Origin: an uncultured Alphaproteobacteria bacterium
GTDB taxonomy: Bacteria > Pseudomonadota > Alphaproteobacteria > UBA6615
Length of the DNA: 64,000 nucleotides
Direction: 5' to 3'
Assembly (NCBI GenBank): GCA_943787745.1
Contig: CALSNJ010000002.1
Location: forward strand, 1,048,668 to 1,112,667
The notes below the pieces were generated by a model. The model saw only the letters and a program-made list of their open reading frames with translations, was not told the DNA's origin and did not search any database. The stretch's first letter is position 1; every line of letters starts with the position of its first letter. This document shows, piece after piece, positions 41,001 to 53,862 of the stretch. A program made the translations under genes and the position numbers.

Positions 41001-41579
41001 TTAGCCAGCCGTTATGATCGCCTCTATTTGTTTCGAAACTTCATCGATCGGCTTCATACCGTCGACCATCTTCAACATGCCCAAACCCTCGTAATACGGG
41101 AGAATCGGGGCGGTTTGCTCGTGATACACCTCAAGGCGGTGTTTCAATGTTTCCGCGTTGTCATCATCGCGCCGTTCAGCTTCCGGCGTTTGCGCAACAC
41201 GCGTGTTAATTCGATCAATCAGAACAGAATCTTTGACCGAAATTTCGATCACATGATCCAGCGGCAGGCCCTTTTCAGCGAGCATCTTGTCCAGCGCCTC
41301 GGCCTGAGCCGTGGTGCGCGGAAACCCGTCGAGAATGAAGCCATTTTCGCAATCCGGCTCGGAAATACGATCCGAGATGATTTGCACCATAATATCGTCA
41401 GGCATCAACTTGCCTGCATCCATCACCGACTTCGCTTCCTGTCCCAGTTCGCTGCCCGATGCCACTGCGGCGCGCAACATGTCTCCTGTCGACAACTGGA
41501 CCAGTCCATGTCCGTCCACCAAAACCTTTGCCTGCGTACCCTTGCCGGCACCTGGTGGCCCTAAAAGAATTATGTTCAT
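41001..41579 (-). CDS. adk: Adenylate kinase (short form)
   Basis: 192 aa with the GPPGAGKGTQ P-loop. Confidence 0.93.
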   Translation of the reverse strand: MNIILLGPPGAGKGTQAKVLVDGHGLVQLSTGDMLRAAVASGSELGQEAKSVMDAGKLMPDDIMVQIISDRISEPDCENGFILDGFPRTTAQAEALDKMLAEKGLPLDHVIEISVKDSVLIDRINTRVAQTPEAERRDDDNAETLKHRLEVYHEQTAPILPYYEGLGMLKMVDGMKPIDEVSKQIEAIITAG

Positions 41580-41603
41580 TGCCTGCTTCGCCCCCGCACG
41601 TCG

Positions 41604-42947
41604 CTATCCGCGGCGCCCTTTGAGTTTAGCCTTGCGAATAAGGCCCTCATATTGATGGGCGAGCAGATGACTTTGAATCTGTGCAACCGTATCCAGCGCA
41701 ACCACGACCACAATCAGCAAACTTGTTCCCCCAAAGAAGAACGGGACTGAGAAACGCGTGATCAGGATTTCGGGCAGCAATGCCACCACCACCAGATAAG
41801 TTGTGCCAATAACCGTCAAACGGGTCAGCACATAATCGAAAAATTCGGCCGTATTCTTGCCCGGACGGATACCCGGCACAAAGCCGCCATTCTTCTTCAG
41901 ATTGTCAGCTGTTTCTTCCGGATTGAAGACGATCGCTGTGTAGAAAAACGAGAAGAAAATGATCAGCAGCGCAAACAGAAGGAAAAACAGCGGCTGACCG
42001 CGACCAATCCAGGCCGTAATCAGCCCCAGTGTACCCTCACCGCCGCCGCCTGAGAATCCAGCGATCGAGACCGGCGTCAACAGGATCGATGTCGCGAAAA
42101 TAATCGGGATTACGCCCGATGTATTGAGCTTCAACGGGATGTGAGAGGATTCACCGCCAAACATGCGGTTGCCGACCTGGCGCTTGGGATACTGAACAAT
42201 AATCCGGCGCTGGGCGCGTTCGAAGAAAACGATAAAGGTAATGACCGCAACAGCAAAAACGAGAAAGCCGATGATGAACAGCGCCGACAATGCACCGGTT
42301 CGTCCAAGCTCAAGCGTGGACGCAAAAGCCGTCGGCAAATTCGCAACGATACCGGCGAAAATGATCAATGAAATTCCGTTGCCCACACCGCGCGCGGTGA
42401 TCTGTTCGCCCAGCCAGAGCAGGAACATCGTTCCGCCGACAATCGTAATCACAGTGCTGAGGCGGAAGAACATGCCCGGATCTGCAACAGCAGGCCCCTG
42501 AGAGGTGGAAATACCCTCCAGGCCAGCAGAAAGACCGTAAGCCTGGATCACAGCCAGCAGCACGGTCAGATAACGCGTGTACTGGTTGATCTTCTTACGA
42601 CCCGATTCACCCTCTTTTTTGAGCTGCTCGATGCTCGGAGAGATCGCCGTCATCAGCTGCATGATAATTGCAGCCGAGATATAGGGGATCACGTTGAGGG
42701 CAAAGATACTCATACGAGACAAGGCGCCGCCCGCAAACGCATCAAACACACCCAGAATACCGCCAGCCTGCTGGCTGAAGATGTCGTCGATGATAATCGG
42801 ATCGATACCGGGGATCGGAATATAGGTGCCAAGGCGATAGACGATAAGAGCGCCGAGGGTAAACCACAGGCGCTTCTTAAGTTCCGTCGCTTTTGCAAAT
42901 GCACCGAAATTAAAACTCGATGCCATCTGTTCAGCGCTACTCGCCAT
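41604..42947 (-). CDS. secY: Preprotein translocase subunit SecY
   Basis: 447 aa with ten TM helices. Confidence 0.95.
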   Translation of the reverse strand: MASSAEQMASSFNFGAFAKATELKKRLWFTLGALIVYRLGTYIPIPGIDPIIIDDIFSQQAGGILGVFDAFAGGALSRMSIFALNVIPYISAAIIMQLMTAISPSIEQLKKEGESGRKKINQYTRYLTVLLAVIQAYGLSAGLEGISTSQGPAVADPGMFFRLSTVITIVGGTMFLLWLGEQITARGVGNGISLIIFAGIVANLPTAFASTLELGRTGALSALFIIGFLVFAVAVITFIVFFERAQRRIIVQYPKRQVGNRMFGGESSHIPLKLNTSGVIPIIFATSILLTPVSIAGFSGGGGEGTLGLITAWIGRGQPLFFLLFALLIIFFSFFYTAIVFNPEETADNLKKNGGFVPGIRPGKNTAEFFDYVLTRLTVIGTTYLVVVALLPEILITRFSVPFFFGGTSLLIVVVVALDTVAQIQSHLLAHQYEGLIRKAKLKGRRG

Positions 42948-43041
42948 CTAAATATCCGTTCGCAACTGTCTGTTACGATCCATGTGGGTCAGACCGAATT
43001 CCGGTCAACGCAAGATTTGATACGTACTCTGTCTGGAAGGC

Positions 43042-43566
43042 CTACGCCTCGTCACCGCTCGCATCAGCAGGCGCTGTCTTGATCGTACGCGGGGTCTTCA
43101 CCTTTGGCGGCACCGAAACCGTCACCGATCCACCCGCCTTCTCTACTGCTGCAATCGCACCCACCGTGGCGCTTGTCACTTCGAGAGAGACCTTCGCTGT
43201 AATCTCACCAGATGCCAGCAGACGAACACCATCCAGCTTGCGACGAACAACACCAGACGTGACGAGCACCTCTTCGTTAAGAGTCGCGCCAGCATCGACC
43301 TTGCCCGCATCAATTGCTTCCTGAAGACGCCCGAGTGTCAGTTCCTGCAACTTGACCCGGTTCGGCTTTTTGAAGCCGCGCTTCGGCAAGCGCATGTAAA
43401 TCGGCATCTGGCCGCCTTCAAAACCATTGATGGCTACGCCTGAACGGGACTTCTGGCCCTTGACGCCACGACCACCGGTCTTGCCAAGGCCCGAACCCGG
43501 TCCACGGCCAACACGCTTGCGAGCACGACGCGCGCCGCGGTTGTCTGATAGTTCGTTGATATTCAT
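43042..43566 (-). CDS. rplO: 50S ribosomal protein L15, with a C-terminal extension
   Basis: 174 aa. The L15 core is followed by a ~25-aa Ala/Lys/Pro tail. Confidence 0.93.
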   Translation of the reverse strand: MNINELSDNRGARRARKRVGRGPGSGLGKTGGRGVKGQKSRSGVAINGFEGGQMPIYMRLPKRGFKKPNRVKLQELTLGRLQEAIDAGKVDAGATLNEEVLVTSGVVRRKLDGVRLLASGEITAKVSLEVTSATVGAIAAVEKAGGSVTVSVPPKVKTPRTIKTAPADASGDEA

Positions 43567-43578
43567 AACAGTTTTCCG

Positions 43579-43773
43579 TTACTCAGCTTCGTCAACCTGT
43601 ACGAGATGCCTGACCTTATTGATCATGCCTCGTACAGACGGCGTATCTTCGAGTTCACGCGAACGATGGCGCTTGTTCAACCCAAGGCCAATCAATGTCG
43701 CACGCTGGTCACCCCGACGCCCGATAGGGCTACCGATTTGGGTCACGCGGATGGTTTTCTGTGCAGCAGCCAT
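43579..43773 (-). CDS. rpmD: 50S ribosomal protein L30
   Basis: 64-aa L30. Confidence 0.93.
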   Translation of the reverse strand: MAAAQKTIRVTQIGSPIGRRGDQRATLIGLGLNKRHRSRELEDTPSVRGMINKVRHLVQVDEAE

Positions 43774-43775
43774 TC

Positions 43776-44420
43776 CTAAGCCTCCGCCTCAACAGTCTCT
43801 GCTTCAGCGCTACCCGCACCGGCAGCGGAATCCTGCACACTGCGGCGGCTGATGATGTCGGCCACTTTGAGTCCACGACGGTTTGCCACGGCCCGCGGAG
43901 ACATCATGTTTTCAAGTGCCTCGAAAGCCGCCTTGATCATGTTGTGCGGGTTAGACGTGCCGATCGACTTCGCAACCACATCCTGAACGCCAAGACATTC
44001 GAAGACGGCGCGAAGCGGTCCACCGGCAATGATCCCCGTTCCCGGAGGTGCCGCACGGAGGACAACATGTCCGGCGCCGAAATGACCTTCAACGTCGTGA
44101 TGCAACGTACGACCGTCGCGCAATGGGACGCGAACGATTTCACGTTTGGCAGCCTCAGTGGCTTTGCGAATAGCCTCGGGCACTTCACGTGCTTTACCCG
44201 AACCATGCGCAACGCGTCCGCGCTGATCGCCAACGACCACAATGGCCGCAAAGCCAAAGCGACGGCCACCCTTTACAACTTTCGCTACGCGATTGATGCT
44301 AACGAGCCGTTCAATGAATTCACTCTCTTCGCGCTCCTCACGACGACCGCCATCGCGACGTCCTCCGTCGCGACGTCCGCCACCGCCATCTCGCTGGTTG
44401 CGTGCTGGTGCCTGTGCCAT
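43776..44420 (-). CDS. rpsE: 30S ribosomal protein S5, with an N-terminal RGG/RRDGG repeat extension
   Basis: 214 aa. The S5 core is preceded by [21 protein letters not shown]. Confidence 0.93.
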   Translation of the reverse strand: MAQAPARNQRDGGGGRRDGGRRDGGRREEREESEFIERLVSINRVAKVVKGGRRFGFAAIVVVGDQRGRVAHGSGKAREVPEAIRKATEAAKREIVRVPLRDGRTLHHDVEGHFGAGHVVLRAAPPGTGIIAGGPLRAVFECLGVQDVVAKSIGTSNPHNMIKAAFEALENMMSPRAVANRRGLKVADIISRRSVQDSAAGAGSAEAETVEAEA

Positions 44421-44430
44421 GCCAGTTTCC

Positions 44431-44793
44431 CTAGAAGTTCAGGCCGCTCTCGCGGGCGGCCTCTGCCAGAGCTTTCACCCGGCCATGAAAAAGATACGGA
44501 CCACGATCGAACACAACGCTCGATACACCGGCCTCTTTGGCGCGCGTGGCAATCAATTTGCCAACTTCACTCGCCCCTTCAACGTTCCAGCCCTTGCCGG
44601 CCTTGAATTCCTTGTCGGCTGAAGACGCCGACGCCAAGGTCAGGCCCTGACCATCATCGATAACCTGGGCATAGATGTGGCGACCAGAGCGGAAAACACT
44701 CAGCCGAGGGCGATCGCCCTTCGATACACGACGCAGCTTCGCGCGGACGCGATTGCGACGACGTGTCTCCAGATTGCGCGAATTCGACGTCAT
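44431..44793 (-). CDS. rplR: 50S ribosomal protein L18
   Basis: 120-aa L18. Confidence 0.93.
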   Translation of the reverse strand: MTSNSRNLETRRRNRVRAKLRRVSKGDRPRLSVFRSGRHIYAQVIDDGQGLTLASASSADKEFKAGKGWNVEGASEVGKLIATRAKEAGVSSVVFDRGPYLFHGRVKALAEAARESGLNF

Positions 44794-45323
44794 TTCTTCT
44801 TACCTTCCTTACGCAGAATCTGCTCGTCCCGATAACGAACGCCCTTGCCCTTGTAGGGCTCCGGCTTCCGATAGCTGCGGATCTTGGCGGCAACCTGACC
44901 GACTGCCTGCTTGTCCGAGCCTGAAATTACAATCGTGGTCTGGCCTTCACACTTGATGTCGATTCCGTCCGGGATCGGAAAGTTCACATCATGCGAAAAG
45001 CCGAGCTGCAGGTTCAGATTTTTCCCCTGAACAGCGGCACGATAACCAACACCCGTGATTTCGAGCGTCTTGGAGAAACCATCGGTCACGCCCGTCACCA
45101 GATTGCTCACCAACGAACGCGAAGTTCCCCAAGCCATCCGGGTACGCTTGTTGTTCGAACGCGGCTTGAAGACGATTGAACCATCTTCCTGCGTAATCTC
45201 GATATCCGTCGGAATTTTAACCGACATCTCGCCCAGTTTACCCTTGGCGGAAATCATCTGCCCAGAAACCTGGACATCTGTACCCTCAGGGATTGCTACT
45301 GGACTGCTGCCTACACGTGACAT
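44790..45323 (-). CDS. rplF: 50S ribosomal protein L6
   Basis: 177-aa L6. Confidence 0.95.
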   Translation of the reverse strand: MSRVGSSPVAIPEGTDVQVSGQMISAKGKLGEMSVKIPTDIEITQEDGSIVFKPRSNNKRTRMAWGTSRSLVSNLVTGVTDGFSKTLEITGVGYRAAVQGKNLNLQLGFSHDVNFPIPDGIDIKCEGQTTIVISGSDKQAVGQVAAKIRSYRKPEPYKGKGVRYRDEQILRKEGKKK

Positions 45324-45353
45324 TGTCTATGTCTCCTCAAACCGTGCCAGCGT

Positions 45354-45752
45354 CTAGAAGACGTGACACAGAACCTCGCCGCCGACATTTTCCGCACGTG
45401 CGGTCTGATCGGACACCACGCCCTTGGGCGTTGACAGGATTGAAATCCCAAGACCGCCATAAACCTGACGCAGGTCGCGGATTTTCGAATAAACCCGGCG
45501 TCCCGGACGGGACACACGCTGGATCTCGCGGATCACAGGTGTTCCTTCCTGGTACTTTAATTCAATCGTAATTTCAGTAATGCCTGCACGCAGTTCGGCC
45601 ACACTGTAACCACGGATAAACCCTTCCTGCTGCAACACTTCAAGAACGCGCTCACGCAACTTAGAGGCGGGCGATATCACGGAAGAGTGGCCGGCGCGCT
45701 GTCCATTACGGATGCGGGTCAGCATATCTCCAAGAGGATCGGTCATACTCAT
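45354..45752 (-). CDS. rpsH: 30S ribosomal protein S8
   Basis: 132-aa S8. Confidence 0.95.
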   Translation of the reverse strand: MSMTDPLGDMLTRIRNGQRAGHSSVISPASKLRERVLEVLQQEGFIRGYSVAELRAGITEITIELKYQEGTPVIREIQRVSRPGRRVYSKIRDLRQVYGGLGISILSTPKGVVSDQTARAENVGGEVLCHVF

Positions 45753-45764
45753 ATCAGCATCCCC

Positions 45765-46070
45765 CTACCAGCTCGACTTAACGAGACCTGGAATCAGGCC
45801 ATTCGAACCAAGTTCACGAAGCGCGAGACGCGACATCCGGAACTTCCGGTAGTAACCACGTGGCCGCCCAGTAATTTCGCAACGGTTGCGCAGGCGGGTC
45901 TTTGCAGAATTACGCGGCAGCTTGGCCAGTTTCATCCGAGCTGCGAAGCGTTCCTCAGGCTGGCGAGACGAATCCCGCGCAATTGCCTTCAGTGCCGCGC
46001 GCTTAGACGCATACTGGTTTACAAGCTTTTCACGCCGCTTGTTCTTCTGGATTGCACTCTGTTTTGCCAT
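45765..46070 (-). CDS. rpsN: 30S ribosomal protein S14 (long, non-zinc form)
   Basis: 101-aa S14. Confidence 0.95.
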   Translation of the reverse strand: MAKQSAIQKNKRREKLVNQYASKRAALKAIARDSSRQPEERFAARMKLAKLPRNSAKTRLRNRCEITGRPRGYYRKFRMSRLALRELGSNGLIPGLVKSSW

Positions 46071-46093
46071 ATCGTCTTGTCTCCTGACCGACG

Positions 46094-46636
46094 TTAATCG
46101 CGGAACGGAAATTCGAAGCCGCGCAGCAATTCGCGCGCCTCGTCATCCGTATTCGCCGTCGTGCAAATGATCACATCCATGCCGCGGATGTCGTCAACTT
46201 CGTCGTAATTGATCTCCGGGAACACGATTTGCTCGCGCAGCCCCATCGAGTAGTTGCCGCGACCGTCAAAACTGGTCGGACGCAGGCCGCGAAAATCGCG
46301 AACACGCGGCAAAGCGATCGTCACAAGACGATCAAGGAATTCGTACATGCGCTCGCGGCGCAGCGTCACCTTGCAGCCAATGGGCATGCCTTCACGCAAC
46401 TTGAAGTTGGCGACGGACGTTTTGGCGAGCGTAATCTGAGGCGCCTGTCCGGCGATACGGGCCATTTCATTGACCGCTGTATCCACCTTCTTGGAATCCT
46501 GAGCTGCCTCACCAAGCCCCATATTCAGGACAATCTTGTCGAGGCGCGGAATTGCATGGTTGTTCGTGTAGCCGAAGTGCTCTTTGAGCTTCGTCTTCAC
46601 AACACTATCGTAATGTTCTGCCAATCGCGTGGTCAT
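46094..46636 (-). CDS. rplE: 50S ribosomal protein L5
   Basis: 180-aa L5. Confidence 0.95.
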   Translation of the reverse strand: MTTRLAEHYDSVVKTKLKEHFGYTNNHAIPRLDKIVLNMGLGEAAQDSKKVDTAVNEMARIAGQAPQITLAKTSVANFKLREGMPIGCKVTLRRERMYEFLDRLVTIALPRVRDFRGLRPTSFDGRGNYSMGLREQIVFPEINYDEVDDIRGMDVIICTTANTDDEARELLRGFEFPFRD

Positions 46637-46646
46637 CTCTCACCTA

Positions 46647-46973
46647 TCAATCAATGACTTCGCCGGACCGCTTGGCAAAGCGGACCTTGCGGCCGTCGTC
46701 GAGAGTCTTGTAACCAACTCGTGTCGGCTTGCTCGTATCGGGATCAATCAGCGACACATTCGAAGCATGCAACATCGCCTCGTACTGGTTGATTCCACCC
46801 GGGGATGTCTGGGTTGCGCGCTCATGACGTTTGATCATGTTCACGCCCTGCACCAGAACGCGATTGCGCTCACGGTCAACGCGCAGCACTTCGCCCGATT
46901 TGCCCTTCTCACGACCCGTCAGCACGACAACCTGGTCGCCCTTCTTGATCTTCATTTTTGCATTTGTCGCCAT
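46647..46973 (-). CDS. rplX: 50S ribosomal protein L24
   Basis: L24 ([20 protein letters not shown]). The start may be the ATG at 46955 instead. Confidence 0.9.
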   Translation of the reverse strand: MATNAKMKIKKGDQVVVLTGREKGKSGEVLRVDRERNRVLVQGVNMIKRHERATQTSPGGINQYEAMLHASNVSLIDPDTSKPTRVGYKTLDDGRKVRFAKRSGEVID

Positions 46974-47341
46974 TACAGCACCTCCGGTGCCAGCGAGATG
47001 ATCTTCATGTACCGACGTGCACGCAATTCACGTGTTACCGGCCCGAAGATGCGTGTCCCGATGGGCTCGCCCTGGGGGTTAATCAAAACTGCTGCATTGC
47101 TGTCAAAGCGGATCGTACTTCCGTCAGCTCGCGAAATGTCCTTCTTCGTGCGCACGATAACGGCACGATGAATTTCACCCTTTTTCACGCGGCCACGCGG
47201 AATAGCTTCCTTTACGGAAACCACGATGACATCGCCGACGCCGGCGGTCATACGTTTGGAACCACCCAGCACCTTGATGCACTGCACCCGGCGCGCGCCG
47301 CTGTTGTCAGCGACTTCCAGGTTGGTCTGCATCTGAATCAT
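46973..47341 (-). CDS. rplN: 50S ribosomal protein L14
   Basis: 122-aa L14. Confidence 0.95.
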   Translation of the reverse strand: MIQMQTNLEVADNSGARRVQCIKVLGGSKRMTAGVGDVIVVSVKEAIPRGRVKKGEIHRAVIVRTKKDISRADGSTIRFDSNAAVLINPQGEPIGTRIFGPVTRELRARRYMKIISLAPEVL

Positions 47342-47378
47342 TGTCTTATGTCCTTCAAATACCCGGGGCGCTCATGCC

Positions 47379-47618
47379 TCAGGCGTCGACCTTTTCGATA
47401 ACTTCGAAACGCTTGCTCTTGGAAATCGGGCGGCATTCACGAATGCGTACCTGATCGCCAATTTCGAGCGTGTTTGTTTCATCATGGGCCGCAATCTTCT
47501 TGGATTGGGTCATGAATTTTTTGTAGAGCGGATGTTTCACCCGGCGATCGACCTGTACGGTCACCGACTTCTCCATCTTGTTGCTCACCACTGTGCCGAT
47601 GAGTACCCGTCGCGGCAT
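47379..47618 (-). CDS. rpsQ: 30S ribosomal protein S17
   Basis: 79 aa from MPRRVLIGTVVSNKMEKS (ATG 47618). The tool ORF is extended upstream. Confidence 0.93.
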   Translation of the reverse strand: MPRRVLIGTVVSNKMEKSVTVQVDRRVKHPLYKKFMTQSKKIAAHDETNTLEIGDQVRIRECRPISKSKRFEVIEKVDA

Positions 47619-47640
47619 CCTGTTAACTCCTGTACGCTCG

Positions 47641-47835
47641 TTATTGCGCCGTACGGCGCTCGCTGAGGACTGTCTGAACCCGTGCAATGTCACGACGAAC
47701 GTCACGCACACGTGCGGTATTCTCGAGTTGTCCGCTAGCCTGCTGAAAACGCAGGTTGAACGCCTCTTTTTTCAGATCGCGCAATTCGTCGCGCAGTTCA
47801 TCTTCGCTCTTGGCGCGAATATCTTCCGGCTTCAT
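47641..47835 (-). CDS. rpmC: 50S ribosomal protein L29
   Basis: 64-aa L29. Confidence 0.93.
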   Translation of the reverse strand: MKPEDIRAKSEDELRDELRDLKKEAFNLRFQQASGQLENTARVRDVRRDIARVQTVLSERRTAQ

Positions 47836-47839
47836 GGTC

Positions 47840-48253
47840 TTAGCTCAATTCACGCGAAACGACGCGGGTCTGAAGAGGAAGTTTCGCGGCTGCCAATTCA
47901 AAGGCTTCGCGCGCAACATTCTCGGGAACGCCGTCGATTTCAAACATCACACGGCCCGGCTTAACGCGAACCATCCAGTACTCGGGCGTACCCTTGCCCT
48001 TACCCATACGCACTTCAGCCGGCTTCTGGCTGACGGGCACATCGGGGAAAATACGAATCCAGACACGTCCCGCACGACGCATGTGGCGCGTCATCGCACG
48101 ACGTGCGGCCTCAATCTGCCGCGCCGTAACACGTGCCGGCGTGACCGCCTTCATACCATAAGAGCCGAAGTTCAACGACGTCCCGGACTGGGCAACGCCG
48201 TGCAGCCGGCCCTTATGCTGCTTGCGGTATTTTGTTCTTTTGGGACTTAGCAT
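47840..48253 (-). CDS. rplP: 50S ribosomal protein L16
   Basis: 137-aa L16. Confidence 0.95.
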   Translation of the reverse strand: MLSPKRTKYRKQHKGRLHGVAQSGTSLNFGSYGMKAVTPARVTARQIEAARRAMTRHMRRAGRVWIRIFPDVPVSQKPAEVRMGKGKGTPEYWMVRVKPGRVMFEIDGVPENVAREAFELAAAKLPLQTRVVSRELS

Positions 48254-48274
48254 TTTCTTACCTCCGAACGGCGC

Positions 48275-48967
48275 CTAGCGAGCCGGCATTCCGCCCGATT
48301 GCTGTTCTTCGATCCGACGATCCTGCGCCATCGGGTCGTGCTCCATAATGTCACCGCGATAAATCCAGACCTTCACGCCACAGGCGCCATAAGTGGTCTG
48401 GGCTGTCGCCGTGCCGTACTGAATATCGGCACGCAGTGTGTGCAACGGCACACTGCCTTCGTGATACTGTTCTGTCCGCGCAATTTCAGCACCGCCCAGA
48501 CGTCCGCCACACATGACGCGAACGCCCTGTGCCCCAAGACGCATGGCGCTCTGGACCGCACGCTTCATGGCGCGACGGAAACCGACACGACGCTCGAGCT
48601 GCTGGGCAATGTTTTCAGCAACAAGATTGGCGTCAATCTCAGGCTTGCGAACTTCAACGATATTCAGGCTGACTTCAGAACCGGTCATCGTCGCCACTTC
48701 GCTGCGAAGCTTCTCGATGTCCGCGCCCTTCTTGCCGATCACAACGCCCGGCCGTGCCGAGTGAATCGTAATGCGGGCCTTCTTGGCAGGACGCTCAATA
48801 ATGATGCGACTGACGCCAGCACCAGCAAGACGCTTTTCGAGCATCTTGCGCAACTCGAGATCCTCGAGAAGAAGATCGCCATAGGACGAACCGTCGGCGA
48901 ACCAGCGGGAATCCCAGGTCCGGTTGATGCCGAGGCGAAGCCCAATTGGATTAATTTTATTACCCAT
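48275..48967 (-). CDS. rpsC: 30S ribosomal protein S3
   Basis: 230-aa S3 with a KH domain. Confidence 0.95.
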   Translation of the reverse strand: MGNKINPIGLRLGINRTWDSRWFADGSSYGDLLLEDLELRKMLEKRLAGAGVSRIIIERPAKKARITIHSARPGVVIGKKGADIEKLRSEVATMTGSEVSLNIVEVRKPEIDANLVAENIAQQLERRVGFRRAMKRAVQSAMRLGAQGVRVMCGGRLGGAEIARTEQYHEGSVPLHTLRADIQYGTATAQTTYGACGVKVWIYRGDIMEHDPMAQDRRIEEQQSGGMPAR

Positions 48968-48969
48968 GC

Positions 48970-49347
48970 TTATGCCTCTTCCTGTTCGCGAACCACGATC
49001 GTGATCTCAGCGAAAGGTTTCTGAATACGGGCGACGCGGCCTCGCGCGCGGGCGCGCCAGCGCTTCATGACCATGTTCTTGCCAACTGTCGCCTCGGCAA
49101 CGATCAGTCGATCAACATCGAGCTGATGATTGTTCTCAGCATTGGCAATGGCACTTTCAAGACCGGCCTTCACCGCGCCCGAAATACGGCGACGCGAGAA
49201 TTCCAAATCCATCAGGGCGCGCTGAACTGGTTTGCCACGAATTTGTTCAGCAACCAGATTGAGCTTCTGCGGACTGATCCGAAGGTTGCGAATAATTGCA
49301 CGCGCTTCTGTATCAGCGAGATCTCGTACTGCGGATTTCTTACCCAT
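48970..49347 (-). CDS. rplV: 50S ribosomal protein L22
   Basis: 125-aa L22. Confidence 0.95.
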   Translation of the reverse strand: MGKKSAVRDLADTEARAIIRNLRISPQKLNLVAEQIRGKPVQRALMDLEFSRRRISGAVKAGLESAIANAENNHQLDVDRLIVAEATVGKNMVMKRWRARARGRVARIQKPFAEITIVVREQEEA

Positions 49348-49349
49348 AA

Positions 49350-49628
49350 CTAACCCCGCCTCGCCTTACGATCGGCTTGATGTCCGAAATAAGAACGGGT
49401 TGGTGAAAACTCGCCGAATTTCTGCCCGACCATATTTTCAGTGACCAGAACAGGAATAAATTTATGCCCGTTGTAGACACCGAACGTCAGTCCGACGAAC
49501 TGCGGCAAAATTGTCGAGCGACGCGACCAGGTCTTGATCACATCATTACGCCCGGATGCCCGCGCAACCTCTGCTTTCTTAAGCAGATAGCTGTCGACAA
49601 AAGGACCTTTCCATACAGAACGTGCCAC
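49350..49628 (-). CDS. rpsS: 30S ribosomal protein S19
   Basis: 92-aa S19. Confidence 0.95.
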   Translation of the reverse strand: MARSVWKGPFVDSYLLKKAEVARASGRNDVIKTWSRRSTILPQFVGLTFGVYNGHKFIPVLVTENMVGQKFGEFSPTRSYFGHQADRKARRG

Positions 49629-49640
49629 TGCCGTTCTCCT

Positions 49641-50465
49641 CTACTTCGCGCGCCGGCGAATGATCAGCGAGTCGGTCTTCTTATTAGACCGGGTACGCTT
49701 ACCCTTCGTCGGCTTGCCCCATGGGGTCACAGGATGGCGACCACCGGATGTCCGGCCTTCACCACCACCATGCGGATGATCGATCGGGTTCATGGCCACA
49801 CCGCGAACGGACGGGCGTTTGCCCAACCAGCGTTTGCGACCAGCTTTACCCAGCTTAATGTTGCTCTGATCCGGGTTCGACACGGCACCAATTGTTGCCA
49901 TGCATTCCTGGCGAACCATGCGGACTTCACCGGAAGCCAGCTTCAACAGGCCATAACCACGATCACGTCCGACGAGCTGAACATAAGTCCCGGCCGCACG
50001 GGCCATCTTGCCACCAGCGCCTGCTTTCAGTTCAACGTTGTGAATGATCGTGCCAATCGGGATTGACCGAATGGGCATTGCATTGCCTGGCTTCACGTCG
50101 GTGCGATCACCAGCAATCACTGAGTCACCAACATTGAGACGCTGAGGCGCCAGAATGTAGCTCTTCTCACCGTCTTCGTAAGACAACAGCGCGATAAACG
50201 CCGTGCGGTTGGGATCATATTCAATGCGCTCGACGGTCGCAGGGACATCGAATTTCCGACGCTTAAAGTCGACGTGACGATAGAGACGCTTATGTCCGCC
50301 ACCGCGACGACGCGCAGTAATCCGACCGGTGTTGTTCCGACCACCCTTTTTGGTCAGGCCTTCAGTCAGTGACTTTTCCGGGTCACCTTTCCAAAGCTCC
50401 GACCGGTCAACGAGGACAAGTCCACGCTGGCCAGGGGTATTCGGTTTGAATTGCTTCAGTGCCAT
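49641..50465 (-). CDS. rplB: 50S ribosomal protein L2
   Basis: 274-aa L2. Confidence 0.95.
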   Translation of the reverse strand: MALKQFKPNTPGQRGLVLVDRSELWKGDPEKSLTEGLTKKGGRNNTGRITARRRGGGHKRLYRHVDFKRRKFDVPATVERIEYDPNRTAFIALLSYEDGEKSYILAPQRLNVGDSVIAGDRTDVKPGNAMPIRSIPIGTIIHNVELKAGAGGKMARAAGTYVQLVGRDRGYGLLKLASGEVRMVRQECMATIGAVSNPDQSNIKLGKAGRKRWLGKRPSVRGVAMNPIDHPHGGGEGRTSGGRHPVTPWGKPTKGKRTRSNKKTDSLIIRRRAK

Positions 50466-50474
50466 TTCGAACCT

Positions 50475-50804
50475 CTATACGCCGGTCGTGATGTCAATCG
50501 AATCGCCATCAGCGAGTCGAACCACGGCCTTTTTGACGTCAATGCGTCGGCCGGGTTGGCCCTTCCAACGCTTCGTCTTACCTTTTTGCACCAGAGTGTT
50601 AATGCCCACGACCTTGACCTTAAACAGGCCTTCAACCGCGGCACGAATTTCCGGCTTGGTCGCATCGACCGGAACACGGAAAACAACCTGATTGTGTTCT
50701 GAGACCATGGTCGCTTTCTCCGTAATCACGGGAGAGCGAACAAGCTCATACATACGTTCTGCGGAGACTTCGATGCGACCGCGTGGTTTGCGATTGCTGC
50801 TCAT
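50475..50804 (-). CDS. rplW: 50S ribosomal protein L23
   Basis: L23 core [15 protein letters not shown]. The true start may be the GTG at 50768. Confidence 0.9.
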   Translation of the reverse strand: MSSNRKPRGRIEVSAERMYELVRSPVITEKATMVSEHNQVVFRVPVDATKPEIRAAVEGLFKVKVVGINTLVQKGKTKRWKGQPGRRIDVKKAVVRLADGDSIDITTGV

Positions 50805-51421
50805 CGTAGGCGCTCCTGCAACTGCTCAACTGCTGACTTGGTCAGAACGAGCGTATCGCGACGCAGAATGTCGAACACATTCGCACCCTGCTGCGGCAGC
50901 ACATCCACGCCCGGAATATTACGGGCAGCCAACTGGAAATTACGGTCAATGTCCGCACCATCGACGATCAGAGCGGAAGACAGCCCCATCGCCTTAAGCT
51001 GAGCGGCCAATGCCTTGGTTTTCGGCTCCGACGCGGAAACCACATCAACCACAACGAGCTTGCCATCAGCCTGCTTCGAAGACAGTGCCGTCTTCAATGC
51101 CAGCTTGCGAACCTTCTTGGGCAGCTCAATCGAATGATCGCGCGGCTGCGGACCAAAGGTCGTCTGACCACCACGCCAATGTCCGGCCTTCCGGTCACCG
51201 GCACGTGCGCGGCCGGTACCCTTCTGACGCCAGGGGCGTGCTGTAGAACCGTTGATCTCACCACGTGTCTTGGTCTTGTGCGTACCCTGACGTCGTTTGG
51301 CCAACTGATAGTTGATCATCCGCGCCAGCAGATCCTTGCGGATAGGCGCAGCAAAGACGCCATCGTCGAGATCGATCTCGCCGACGTCCTTGTTTTCAAG
51401 ATTGATAACCTTGAGTTTCAT
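50801..51421 (-). CDS. rplD: 50S ribosomal protein L4
   Basis: 206 aa from [20 protein letters not shown] (ATG 51421). The tool ORF is extended upstream into rplC. Confidence 0.93.
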   Translation of the reverse strand: MKLKVINLENKDVGEIDLDDGVFAAPIRKDLLARMINYQLAKRRQGTHKTKTRGEINGSTARPWRQKGTGRARAGDRKAGHWRGGQTTFGPQPRDHSIELPKKVRKLALKTALSSKQADGKLVVVDVVSASEPKTKALAAQLKAMGLSSALIVDGADIDRNFQLAARNIPGVDVLPQQGANVFDILRRDTLVLTKSAVEQLQERLR

Positions 51422-51425
51422 CGCC

Positions 51426-52220
51426 TCAGTCCTTCGAATCCGTAGCTTCGGAATCGCCCTCAGGCGCTTCGTCAGGAGTTGCATCTTCGACCACAGCATC
51501 TTCAGCAGGCGCCGCATCAACCGCAGCTTCTTCCTCAGCCGGAGCGACATCGGAGGCTACCGTCGGGTAAGGCGCATCCTCGGGAAGCGTCTTCTTGATG
51601 GCATCGCGCACCAGCACGTATCCGCCCTTGGAGCCCGGGACTGCACCCTCGATCAGGATCAGCCCTTCGTCACCGTCGGTATTCACAACACGCAGGTTCT
51701 GGGTGGTCACCCGCTCTGCGCCCATGTGACCGGCCATTTTCTTGCCCTTGAACACCTTACCAGGGTCCTGACACTGACCGGTTGAACCGTGGCTTCGATG
51801 CGAAATCGAAACACCATGAGTTGCCCGAAGTCCGCTGAAGTTGTGACGCTTCATCGAACCGGCAAAACCCTTACCGATCGAAGTACCCGTCACGTCGACA
51901 TACTGCCCGGAGACAAAATGGTCGACCACAATGCGCGTACCGATATCGATAAGCGCATCTTCTGCGACACGGAATTCGACGATCTTGCGGCGCGGCTCCA
52001 CCTTGGCTTTGGCAAAGTGCCCCCGCATGGCCTTGCTGACACGCTTGGGCTTTGCGGCCCCGGTGCCGAGCTGCAGCGCGGTATATCCGTCGCGATCAAC
52101 TGTGCGCTGATCAACAACATCGCAGCCGTCGAGTTTGAGTACTGTAACTGGAATATGATTGCCCGTGTCATCAAAGACGCGGGTCATTCCCAGTTTCTGA
52201 GCTATGACGCCGGTTCGCAT
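51426..52220 (-). CDS. rplC: 50S ribosomal protein L3, with a C-terminal acidic tail
   Basis: 264 aa. The L3 core is followed by a ~50-aa Ala/Glu/Asp-rich tail. Confidence 0.93.
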   Translation of the reverse strand: MRTGVIAQKLGMTRVFDDTGNHIPVTVLKLDGCDVVDQRTVDRDGYTALQLGTGAAKPKRVSKAMRGHFAKAKVEPRRKIVEFRVAEDALIDIGTRIVVDHFVSGQYVDVTGTSIGKGFAGSMKRHNFSGLRATHGVSISHRSHGSTGQCQDPGKVFKGKKMAGHMGAERVTTQNLRVVNTDGDEGLILIEGAVPGSKGGYVLVRDAIKKTLPEDAPYPTVASDVAPAEEEAAVDAAPAEDAVVEDATPDEAPEGDSEATDSKD

Positions 52221-52229
52221 CTTGGCCTC

Positions 52230-52538
52230 TTACAGCTTGATTTCTACGTCGACGCCGGCCGCAAGATCGAGCTTCATAAGCGCGTCTACGGTTTGCGGGG
52301 TCGGGTCGATGATATCGAGCAGACGTTTGTGGGTGCGGATTTCAAACTGTTCACGCGCCTTCTTGTTCACATGAGGTGAACGAAGAACGGTGAACTTCTC
52401 AATACGCGTGGGTAGCGGGATTGGTCCGCGAACCTCGGCTCCGGTTCGTTTGGCAGTTCCCACGATCTCGCTCGCCGACTGATCGAGCACGCGATGATCG
52501 AAGGCTTTAAGCCTGATCCGAATATGTTGACTGTCCAT
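52230..52538 (-). CDS. rpsJ: 30S ribosomal protein S10
   Basis: 102-aa S10. Confidence 0.95.
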   Translation of the reverse strand: MDSQHIRIRLKAFDHRVLDQSASEIVGTAKRTGAEVRGPIPLPTRIEKFTVLRSPHVNKKAREQFEIRTHKRLLDIIDPTPQTVDALMKLDLAAGVDVEIKL

Positions 52539-52596
52539 TGCGGTATCCCGTCAAAGTGAACGGCGGCCTCAGGTGAGACCGCCGTACGCAATTGTC

Positions 52597-53788
<1,192 letters not shown>

Positions 53789-53862
53789 AACCTGTTCTCC
53801 GTCTGATGCTGTCGCGCGACCAATCGGCGGCAGCAAATAATTCTGTGTATTTGGTTTGGCGG

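Noticed and set aside
40590-41564. 324-aa +-strand ORF
   Set aside because: Antisense to rpsM and adk.
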